Source of the DNA: Candidatus Saccharimonadota bacterium
GTDB taxonomy: Bacteria > Patescibacteriota > Gracilibacteria > BD1-5 > UBA2023
Length of the DNA: 32,000 nucleotides
Direction of reading: 5' to 3'
NCBI GenBank assembly: GCA_042852035.1
Contig: BAAFHK010000003.1
Span: 30,001-62,000 of the forward strand
The notes beneath the pieces were generated by a model. It searched no databases and had not been told where the DNA came from. It saw only the letters and a list, made by a program, of their open reading frames with translations. A program made the position numbers and the translations under genes. This document shows positions 1-10,842 of this stretch, in pieces (position 1 is the first letter of the stretch; the number at the start of each line of letters is the position of its first letter).

Positions 1-680
1 ACTGCTTGAGCATCGGAAAGGCGAAAAGGAACAAATGCACGAAATCGTTCTTTTTTTTCATGTGAAAGCAGAAAAAAAAGAATAAGAAGGATTGAAAGTA
101 TAATCCCATATCAAACTCATCCAACATAGAGAGAAAAAGCAGAATAACCCGCTTCTCAAGCTCACAATGGCTTTTTGAAAATAAGCCAAGGAAAGAAAAG
201 AGAGAGACCAAGCATACCAAGACAGAAAATAATTGTTTTTCCAGGAAGTCAGAGTCGATATGTTCAAAAATTCAGTCTTTGAAAGAATCCAAAAATTTGC
301 GTTTTTAGTTTCCGATTTTTCGAATTCCGTATATAATCCATATGGAAAATCTAATTTTAGATAATGAGCTTTTCTCTAGAAAGAGAGAATGCCTTTAAAA
401 GAAGCTATACATATATTCTTTTTTTGCAAGTGAAAATGCGGTCACCAAATGAAAATATTTACCTCATTCTCTTCTCAACCTTTGTTGAATGAGTAAAAAA
501 AACATTCGAGAATATCACCCAACTTGTCTCATCTTGAAATTGAGATAGATCATGAATAATCTACAGCATATTTCATTACATATTTGTTGATTGACCAAAA
601 AAATTTCGAAAAAATCCAACTGCTGTATCCATTGGAAGGGGTATATTTTCACCCTTCATATTTGTCTTTAAAAAATCGCA

Positions 681-1913
681 ATGAAATTCAAAATAATACC
701 ATCAATCTTTTTAAATAAATCAACTCGTCTAAAACATTGATTTACGTTATTTGAACTCATGCTTGGAATGACAATATTTTCCATGCTTATGGTATTCACT
801 CTTCAGGCCGTATGAAACGTTACTATAGCAAGAACCCGGAGTATGAGCAGAATTACCCTCATTGAAGAACTTTACTTCTTTTCTGAAAAGCTCGCAACAC
901 AAATTAAAGAAGGATGAATTATAGACTACGAGGAGTACTGGAACCGACAAATGCGGGAGGCGAGCCCAAGCCCAACAGCTACATGAACAGCATCATGACA
1001 CTACATCCTTCCAACAGGATTTGGAAATTATGGTGAAGGTGGGGCGAGCCCACTTTGAACTGGATCAACAAATTACTGAAGTGGCTATTATTATTGTAAA
1101 AGTGAAAATGCCTGAAATAAAATGGGAACCAATGGTTGTATCATTGATATCTTAAATAGTCCTGGTTGAGATCAGGCGGGTGACTATCAAAGATACTGAG
1201 AGTATAAGCTTCAATTTACAGACTATAATGGTAATGCTGATAATGATAATGGCATCCCTTGAGATGAGGACGAAGAAGGAAACATTCGCTGAGATGAAGA
1301 TGATAAAGATATTGGTGATGGGCCTCTAGTAATTACTTGATCTTCTCCAGAACTCTACCTCATAAATACTCTTTCGAAAGAAAGAACATACTTCCGACTC
1401 ACTTATAAACAAGATCCAAATCACCCGAATACCTGTAATTTTACTACTTTTGGAACGGGATGTCTTGGTAATATAGAAATGCTCAAACTAAAATGACTCG
1501 ATATAGGACTTGGGCATTCATGAGGACTCAACGATGCAAACAATCCAGGCGCATTTGATTGAGATATAGACACATGGGTTTGTCATCAGGACTGGACCTG
1601 TAATGGACCTACTCTCGCAAACAATTATGGCGTTCTCCCCACTGGAAGAGACAGTGAATGGGTTCCACTATTCCCAGATTATGTAAATGTAAAACAACTT
1701 ACTTTTAGTCTCTACCCACGAAAAGATCCTTGGAAATCCTGGGCTGCAATTGACTCTTTCAGCCCTGGAGCAGTGAGCCCCTTCCTTCACCCATATGTAC
1801 GAGTTCAGATGACTATGTGACTTGCTTGGGAAAAACGAAAACTTATCAATAACGATGATCCAACGATTTCTATCTCAACCACAATTAGCCTCTCAAATAG
1901 TATAACTGAATAA
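681..1913 (+). CDS. Type IV pilin-like protein with a prepilin-type N-terminal cleavage/methylation domain, 410 aa
   Basis: With TGA=Gly the frame is open from ATG 681 to TAA 1911-1913, with 17 in-frame TGA by my count. The N-terminus MKFKIIPSIFLNKSTRLKH-G-FTLFELMLGMTIFSMLMVF is the classic G|FTLxE prepilin motif plus hydrophobic helix. The cleavage-site Gly is itself a TGA (738-740). An acidic DxDxDG-like stretch lies at 1239-1322. Confidence 0.8.
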
Positions 1914-1926
1914 TTTATCTTCTTCC

Positions 1927-2838
1927 ATGAATTCTTCTCGACAGGGCTCTGCCCTACTCATATCGCTTATTGTTCTTACGCTCATGATGATAATGAGTAG
2001 CGTGTTTTTTGAGAAAGTTTTTCGTTTCAGTCAAGCGAGCGAAGGAATCGAAAATTCTAATATCGCCTACTACAAAGCTCTTTGAATAATAGAAACTGCG
2101 ATGTATGGAGCTTGAGTAAATAAATACACTCCTTGGAATATAAAACGTGCCACTTCAGGAGGTTCATACTCAACATCATGAGCAACACTTGAGGTAAATA
2201 CTGGATCATACATAGTTCCTGCACCCGGAAAGTGAAATAGTCCATATGACCCAAATTATAATATTATCAGTATTTGAGAGCCCGTTCAATTAGTTATACC
2301 AAACGGAATAAATAATTGGTGAACGGTAATTTTTCAGTTTCGAATTCCTCAAATTAGTGCCAACTCTTCAACAGGAGTGTATGCCTGAGGGACAAATTCA
2401 TGATATGTACTGTGGACTTTTGCTTCAAGCGGAGCATCACTCTTCGCGAGTGGAGAAACGAATATATTTCGCGGTTCTGAATTGAATAATTCCAATCAAC
2501 TCATTAGTACTCGAATTGGAAAAAGTAATTCCTGAAGCTCAGTAACATTTGGTGATTTTTATTTTTGAGGATGATTCGTAGGAGCCGATGGGGCATTTTG
2601 TAGTGGGTATCAATGTACCCTAAAGCTCTCACTCTTGAGACCAATCATTACTGCAAATTCAAATCGTACGGTAAATTTTCTTGAGTATAAAATCACTTTT
2701 CCAAATACTGTTCTTATTCCAGCTCAATATATGGACCTAAAAGCTGAATGATACGCCTACTGATTTCTGAGGCAAAGGAGCTTTCAGTTTCCTCAAATTA
2801 CCACCAATACCGCTCTAGATTTTGCTGTTCTCCAATAA
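1927..2838 (+). CDS. PilX-N-like minor pilin / pseudopilin, 303 aa
   Basis: ATG 1927 lies 14 nt after the pilin stop. The frame is open to TAA 2836-2838 with 13 in-frame TGA. The N-terminus MNSSRQGSALLISLIVLTLMMIMSSVFF resembles the PilX N-terminal (RGSALLxxL + TM) signature. The rest is Gly/Ser/Asn/Thr-rich. Confidence 0.6.
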
Positions 2839-2849
2839 ACGTATTCTTC

Positions 2850-3812
2850 GTGATTCATCTCTCAATCGATCTCCCATCAGATGCGAATCAACGTATCGAT
2901 AAATTCCTAAGAAAATTCCTTCCGAACGCACCTCTCGGAGGGATTTTCAAGTGGATACGAACATGAAAGATAAAGGTAAATTCAAAAAAAGTAGACCAAA
3001 ATTATCGTGTTTCTCTCGGTGATAGTATTACATTTTTTCTTACAGAGGAGGAAATGTCATCCTTTAAACACTCTCCTGAAATCGTTTGAAATCCTGAAGT
3101 AAAAGTCCAAAAAAAACAATTTGAAGTCCTTTATGAGGATTCTAATATTCTTATCGTTAATAAACCCTATTGAATGAACGTACACCCCTGAGATCATAAA
3201 TCTCAGGAAGTTTCTCTTATAGAACTTGTACACGACTATCTATGAAAAAGTTACAATAGCCTATCTTTTAAACCCTCTTTAGTTCATAGGATTGACCGCG
3301 ATACAAGCGGATGCATTATAATAGCAAAAGAAAAAAGATCTCTCGAAAAACTGCTTCTTGATCTTCAATCATGAGAGATTCGAAAGGTCTACCATGCCCT
3401 TGTTCTCGGAAACCTTGATAAAAAACATGGAACAATAGATAAGAAACTGATTCGAATTGAGAATGCAAAAGACGAAGCAAAGGTTCAAGTACATGAAGAT
3501 TGACTAAAGGCAGTTACTCATTTTCGAGTTCTAAAAGAGTGAATAAAAGAAAAATACAGTCTCGTTGAATGCGAAATAGAAACCTGACGTACACATCAGA
3601 TACGAGTCCATCTTTCATCGCTTTGATACCCAATACTCGGAGATAAGGCCTATGGAAATGCAAAAGAAAACAGTTTTGCTCGAAGGGAGTATAAGATTCA
3701 TCGACAGATGCTCCACGCCTTTTCTCTCACGTTTCTTCATCCAATAACAAGAAAATCAATCCATATTGAGGCTCCTTATATTGGTGACATGAAAGATCTC
3801 ATCGATTTATAA
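2850..3812 (+). CDS. RluA-family 23S rRNA pseudouridine synthase with N-terminal S4 domain (RluD/RluC-like), 320 aa
   Basis: Translation contains RIDKFLRKFLPN...KIKVNSKKV (S4 domain), NKPYGMNVHP-G-D, the catalytic HRIDRDTSGCIIIAK motif, and GRTHQIRVHL. The stop is TAA 3810-3812. I chose GTG 2850 as the start, just after the upstream stop. The in-frame ATG 2748 would overlap the upstream gene by 91 nt. Confidence 0.82.
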
Positions 3813-3946
3813 TATATACTATATATTTCTTAATTTAACTCTTCCGTCAATGCAAATGACTTTACGTACTTTGCATTTTTTTTTTGATTGTGTTAGGGTG
3901 GTTCTATCGGGATACTTCTCGAATAAAAAATACCAAACACATACCA

Positions 3947-4846
3947 ATGCATACACATATTGATCCTCTCTTAGCATATGAGCAGAGTCTATTGAAGAAA
4001 AAAAATCTCTTCTCTTCGCTCACACAAACTTCGGTTTTTCTATTGCAGTACATTTCGCTCACTGGACTTATATTTTTCCTCCTCATGGGAGCAATAAATT
4101 ACAGTGCATACTCTCAACGTATTTCAAGTTGGATTAACCCTGAAGCATTAGTACAAGCCCAAGATGAAGTAAATAATCTTCTCACAAATGCAACGAGTGT
4201 CTCTGTTCATGCCTCTGAAGGTGCGAATGAAGAAGCACGGGAAGACCTCGCAACAGTAAAAGAAAAAATTCTTCAAGTAGAACCCTCTGTAGTCTATAGT
4301 AGAAGTTATTGACCTGAATGACTCTTATCGAATGCCTGAACCAACACATCATTGAGTGCGAATTTTGTACTTACTCCATATGAAAACCGCATCGTTATAC
4401 CGAAAATCTGAAAGAACATACCTCTTGTTGACGTCACCGTTGATCATGGGGCAAGTTTTGAAACGATGCATGAAGTTTTTATGGAAGAACTTCGCAAGGG
4501 GGTAGTTCGTTATCCAGGAACTGCGGAACCAGGTACGTTAGGAAATGCATTTATCTTCTGACATTCTTCAAATTTCCCATGGGTTAAAAGTGAATACAAT
4601 GATGTTTTTGCACTTCTCGATAAACTTGAGAAAGGCGATGAAATTATTATTTATTACTATCAGAAGAAATTCGTTTATAAGGTAACCGAACATCGTGAGG
4701 TAAAACCTGGAGATGTAAAGACTCTCGAATCTCGTGATAAAACAAAAAAAGAACTTTCTCTTATGACTTGTTGGCCAGTAGGAACAACTCTTGACCGACT
4801 CATCGTATTTGCTGAACTTGATGAATCAGTTTCCTCAAAAAACTAA
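3947..4846 (+). CDS. Membrane-anchored sortase-family transpeptidase, 299 aa
   Basis: An N-terminal TM segment (VFLLQYISLTGLIFFLLMGAI) is followed by a sortase fold. The catalytic His lies in NAFIF-G-HSSNF (Gly = TGA 4559-4561) and the catalytic Cys in ELSLMTCWPVGTTLDRLIVF (TLxTC-like motif). The stop is TAA 4844-4846. The start could alternatively be TTG 3884. Confidence 0.78.
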
Positions 4847-4847
4847 T

Positions 4848-5129
4848 ATGATACTCGAAGATAAATTCCCCTACATACTCGAAAATCTTCTCCTTACCAG
4901 TCCGTGAATCCTAGAGATTATACTTGGAAGTATTTGAGCTATTATTCTCGTTATTTGATTCAGGTGGATTTTTCTTTACAGCTACGGATGGAGCATAGTC
5001 CATCATGATGGGCTTGAACTTCAAAAGAAAAAAGAGACCCTCACTGACCTTATCCTTATGAAGGACATACAAACTGAGCTCGAAAAGGAAATAGAGCAAG
5101 CGATGCTCAAAGCAACATTTCAATGATAA
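4848..5129 (+). CDS. Small single-pass membrane protein, 93 aa
   Basis: ATG 4848 lies 1 nt after the sortase stop (TAAtATG). It has a TM segment ILEIILGSIGAIILVIGFRWIFLY and a charged helical tail. The stop is TAA 5127-5129 and is followed by a terminator hairpin. No homology was recognised. Confidence 0.45.
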
Positions 5130-5133
5130 AAAA

Positions 5134-5159
5134 ATAGAAGATTTCTCTTCTATTTTTTT
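5134..5159. terminator. Bidirectional rho-independent terminator hairpin
   Basis: ATAGAAGA (5134-5141), loop TTTC, TCTTCTAT (5146-5153). It is flanked by an A-run upstream and a T-run (5153-5159) downstream, and sits between convergent genes. Confidence 0.6.
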
Positions 5160-5626
5160 ATCTTACAAACCTCAAGATTCTTAAGTGTGTCGATTGTCGT
5201 ATATATTAAAAGAATAATAGCAACTCATTTTACTTCGAGCCCATCGTAGGGAAAAATCTCTAAAAAAGCAATCGCCGATGTAAGACCCAGCACGGAAAGA
5301 AGACTCACTCAACAACAAACACAGCCCGTAATAAAAGTAGAAATTATTCATGAAACAACTCATAAAAAAGAAGATCCTTTCTTGAGATTATTCTTTCAAA
5401 AATGAAAAGACTTATACACAATTCATGAAAGCACTATTGGAAAACAAAGAATCATCATCCATGAAAGAAACGTATCAAAGTACGCAAAAGCATAACTCTG
5501 ATAATTTCATGCTACATAGTCTATATCTGAGTAATGATACCATAGAAAAAATACAAGTACCGTTGTAGCGATCCAAATAAATCGAGAAGGTTTATATTGA
5601 ATAAGTTTAAGGAGGTTTTTTGTCAT
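5150..5626 (-). CDS. Multi-pass membrane protein with GCVCCG motif, 158 aa
   Basis: I checked the minus frame codon by codon from ATG (5626-5624) to TAG (5152-5150), finding 9 in-frame TGA. Translation: MTKNLLKLIQYKPSRFIWIATTVLVFFLWY...ISTFITGCVCCGVSLLSVLGLTSAIAFLE... It is hydrophobic throughout. Confidence 0.6.
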
Positions 5627-5635
5627 GTTTGAGTT

Positions 5636-6007
5636 TTATTCAATTGCTTGAATCATAATTTCTAAGCAGGCAATAGCAGCCCAAACCATAAGAATAAGAT
5701 TCCTCTCGAAGAGAGAAATTCCATAGAGAAGACCTGTAAATAAGCAACCTGAAACGATAAATATTGCCTGTCGGATGCTCGCACTCATAGTAGCTAAGTA
5801 AACTTCCCCTCTATAGTAGATTTTTTTTAGGAAAAAAATAAAGAGAGAAAGAAAACTCGATCCCGCAAGAAATAGAGCAGAAGCCATAAGAGAGAATGCA
5901 ACTCGCGTTTCCTGTTCAGGGTTCAGATAAAAAAGAAGGAGTATCGCGGATGCTGCACTCGAAAGAAAGATAACAATAAGTATAAAATAATATGGCTTTA
6001 GGGACAT
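5636..6007 (-). CDS. Multi-pass membrane protein, 123 aa
   Basis: This ORF is intact even under the standard code and ends in a true TAA stop (5636-5638). It has four hydrophobic segments. The next gene starts 10 nt downstream, so the two are probably co-transcribed. Confidence 0.65.
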   Translation of the reverse strand: MSLKPYYFILIVIFLSSAASAILLLFYLNPEQETRVAFSLMASALFLAGSSFLSLFIFFLKKIYYRGEVYLATMSASIRQAIFIVSGCLFTGLLYGISLFERNLILMVWAAIACLEIMIQAIE

Positions 6008-6032
6008 ATATTTGACAAATTTAATTAATTAT

Positions 6033-6061
6033 TTGACAAAGGAAGTAAGCAAGACTATAAT
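6033..6061 (+). promoter_or_regulatory. Consensus sigma70-type promoter
   Basis: TTGACA (6033-6038), a 17-nt spacer, then TATAAT (6056-6061), 65 nt upstream of ATG 6126. A second TTGACA lies at 6012-6017. Confidence 0.6.
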
Positions 6062-6125
6062 CTCACTATATACAATTTTTTATAAATTGAAAGAAGTTTG
6101 TCATCTGCCCCTATTATAACTCCCT

Positions 6126-6626
6126 ATGAAAGATTTTTTTACTCGATACCGAGAATCCCATAAGAATCCTATTCTCATACCAGCAATATTCGGCTTAACA
6201 CTATCCTTCGCTGTGGTTGCAAATATGCGTGGAACTGATATTGACCTCAAAAGCATATCAGCAAATGTTGTGACAGGACTCGAACAAGAGACAAAATATC
6301 CTGCTGATTTTGTGGTTGAAAAAAATGATGATGGTCTTAAATTCATTATTGGGAAAAATGCTGAAAATGTAAAATCAATTCATTTTTCAGTACTCGGAAA
6401 TCCAACAAGCTTTACAAAGGCTGAAAGCTCTGATGCAAGAACAACAATTTCGATGAATGAACCCGGAGTTGCTCTTATTCAAGTTGCCGTAAATCAATCA
6501 CTAAAAGCTGGCGACACGATAACAACCATACGTCCCGTATTAAACTGAGATACACCTCTTACGGTCATAGATGCAGGATTCTCAAGTGAAAGTTGAGAAT
6601 ACTCCCTCTCAGTAAAAAGTGAATAA
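6126..6626 (+). CDS. N-terminally anchored hypothetical protein, 166 aa
   Basis: The track ORF 6126..6548 continues through TGA 6546 and TGA 6594 to TAA 6624-6626. A TM segment ILIPAIFGLTLSFAVVA is followed by a beta-rich soluble domain. Confidence 0.6.
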
Positions 6627-6684
6627 GAATCTTTTTGGAAAAAAATAAAAAAATATACACTCATACTCAGTATAATTATTGCGT

Positions 6685-7725
6685 ATGGGTATTTTTTTTC
6701 TTTTCTTTCTTTTTTTCTTTGAATCAAATATCACTTATGCAGTGCCTCCTCCTGACTTTATTATCGCTGCTGTATCCCAAATTTGAGCCCTATTTACAGT
6801 AGTATTCGCATTCTTGTCTGGGATATTTTGGTCATCACGACAATTACTCGGATCATATATAATTCGATATAAAAATATATTCTTTTTGTGAGGGATTATT
6901 TTGATTGGGATTGTGTCATTTATAGTCGCATTTTTTTGGGATAACTCAAGAATGGCCCAACAAGAAAAAGAAAATCTCACAACATGGATTGAGTCCACAA
7001 AAAGAAAACAAACTGAAACATCAGTAATCTTATCCTCTGAGATAAAGATTGACCAATCTTCTTCTCAGTGAATTCTTCCACTCGAAGTAGATAATGCTGA
7101 GGCTAAAAATTTACTTTCGGAAAGTTGAGTTCTCTTCCTTGATACAAGAGAAGATCTTGAGTATGAGATAGGAAATATACCAAATAGCGTTCACCTTCGT
7201 TTCGCTGACATAAAGGAAGGAGCTTGGACGGGACTTTCAATGCATCCAAGAATTATTGTTATTTGCTGGTCAGGAATGAGAGGAAAAGAAATTACTGAGT
7301 ATTTAAGAAGAAAATGAGTTCTGGCACAATATCTGGAGCATGGTGTTGATAGCTGGGTAGCTTCTTGAGGTCTATGGCAGGGCGAAGTAAAATTTTCCCA
7401 TGCATTTCCTCAACCGAATTATCACCGATCTATAACAACAAAAGAATTTTTAGAACATAGGAAAAAATGAGTTGTGATTCTTGATGGAAACTATGAAGAA
7501 AAAAATCAACTCCTCCTGAGTGGAAGTATAAGGTTTTCAACAATAAACACTCCAAAAATGAAACTCAAAAACCTCTATGAGTCATTTTGAAGTGGGAAGA
7601 CCTTTCTTGTTGTATGTGATGGATATATAAGCTGTTTTGATGCGAAACTCACTGGAATTGCCCTCGAAAGAGCGAATAACACTTTTCTTTGAAGGTATAC
7701 AAGTCCTTGGGAACTCTCTCAGTAA
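6685..7725 (+). CDS. Membrane-anchored tandem rhodanese-domain protein, 346 aa
   Basis: The frame was checked line by line from ATG 6685 to TAA 7723-7725. Three N-terminal hydrophobic segments are followed by a rhodanese domain LFLDTREDLEYEIGNIPNSVHL...IIVICWSGMRGKEIT, which carries a CxxGxR active-site loop. A second rhodanese-like domain follows (VVILDGNYEE...FLVVCDGYISC). Confidence 0.75.
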
Positions 7726-7728
7726 TTT

Positions 7729-9690
<1,962 letters not shown>

Positions 9691-9727
9691 TAATCACATA
9701 TACTCGAACTCAATTAAAATAAATTTT

Positions 9728-9934
9728 ATGATAGCAGCCAAATCAATTGCATCCGATCGAGTCTCTGAAGGTGCTGTAGCCCAAATGGCTCTACCGAGTA
9801 ACTTTAGAGCTCAAAAATTCTACCAAACTTCAGGATTTCAGATTTTTCTTTTACTCACTATTACCGTACTTTGAGTGATTCTATTTTGGTGGATAAAACA
9901 TAAATCGAGTTCAAAGAATAATCCCGAAAGATAA
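9728..9934 (+). CDS. Small tail-anchored membrane protein, 68 aa (tentative)
   Basis: ATG 9728 is preceded by TAAAAT (9715-9720) plus 7 nt, the leaderless-type arrangement seen elsewhere in the window. The C-terminus has a TM segment FQIFLLLTITVLGVILFWWI followed by KHKSSSK. The stop is TAA 9932-9934. Confidence 0.4.
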
Positions 9935-9978
9935 GCTCTAATATTACTCACATCAGTTATGTACAACACTTTTTAATC

Positions 9979-10842
9979 ATGCTGAAGAAAGTTTTTCTTT
10001 TTATAGGAATAATATCATCGTTATCCATAATAGCATGGTATCTCAGTATTCATGCAAGTATCTATGAGGATAAAATCGTGCTCCTGTGAGAAGAAGGAGA
10101 TACACTTATCGTTATCGAGGCAATTCGAACTTCCATACTCTGAATCTATTACAACCATGATTACGGAGTATTCTGATATATTAACTGAAAAAGGATTCAG
10201 GATTCTACACAATTTTTGAGTTTTAAGAGAGATCTTTCTTCCCATGGATTTATTCGTGAAATTCAAGATCATCACGATCATGAAAACACCAAACGAAGTA
10301 TTGCGGCACATATAAACTTTGAAAATAATGACATCTATTTTCTTTCAGAAGACCTTGTGGCGGATATGACACTTAAAACTTACACGGACTATTTTCGGTA
10401 TGGATCACTCTGAGGTGCGAAAGGAAAAATCAATCATCAAGAATCGAATTTTTTTGTGACCCTTACCACTACAGTTGTGCATGATGGAAAATATGCAACT
10501 TTAAACCCGAATACCGAAGCAGATGGGTATGTATGAGGATTTTGGGAAAAAGAAAATATAGCATATTTTGATCGTTCTTTCATTAGAAAATATGGACCCG
10601 GAGAAGAATACTACGAACACAATTTCGGCTTTCATAAAAACTGATTTGGTATAAGTCGTGTTGAAGGTATCGATATGAATCAGAAAAGTTCTTCCGAACG
10701 TGAGATTAGGGTTTGAGAAAAAATATTTTCTATCTCTCGGAATTATCCAAAAGAAGAATCTTGAAATGAAAAATGGTATATACTTGAATGACCGACTGGA
10801 AAATGATATATCAATGAATGGCGTGCTAGTAATTCAGATTAA
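9979..10842 (+). CDS. Signal-anchored hypothetical protein, 287 aa
   Basis: The N-terminus is MLKKVFLFIGIISSLSIIAWYLSI. The frame was checked line by line through 15 TGA codons to TAA 10840-10842. No family was recognised. Confidence 0.55.

Noticed and set aside
1-267. Minus-strand ORF 58..267 (extendable through a TGA to the window edge), and a possible plus-strand gene 3' end finishing at TAA 83-85.
   Set aside because: There is no ATG start (only TTG). The sequence is compositionally odd, Cys/Ser/Phe-rich after the TGA, and has no motifs. The plus-strand tail is too short to judge. I left 1-680 unannotated, as a probable promoter or intergenic region for the pilin operon.
436-696. A table-25 ORF of about 86 codons upstream of, and overlapping, the pilin start.
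   Set aside because: It has a high density of TGA, no motifs, and overlaps the well-supported pilin start at 681. It is probably non-coding.
9728-9934. The small protein as a sortase substrate (LPSNF / QTSG followed by a TM segment and a basic tail).
   Set aside because: It has no N-terminal signal peptide, the motif is not LPXTG-like enough, and the protein is only 68 aa. The resemblance is probably coincidental.
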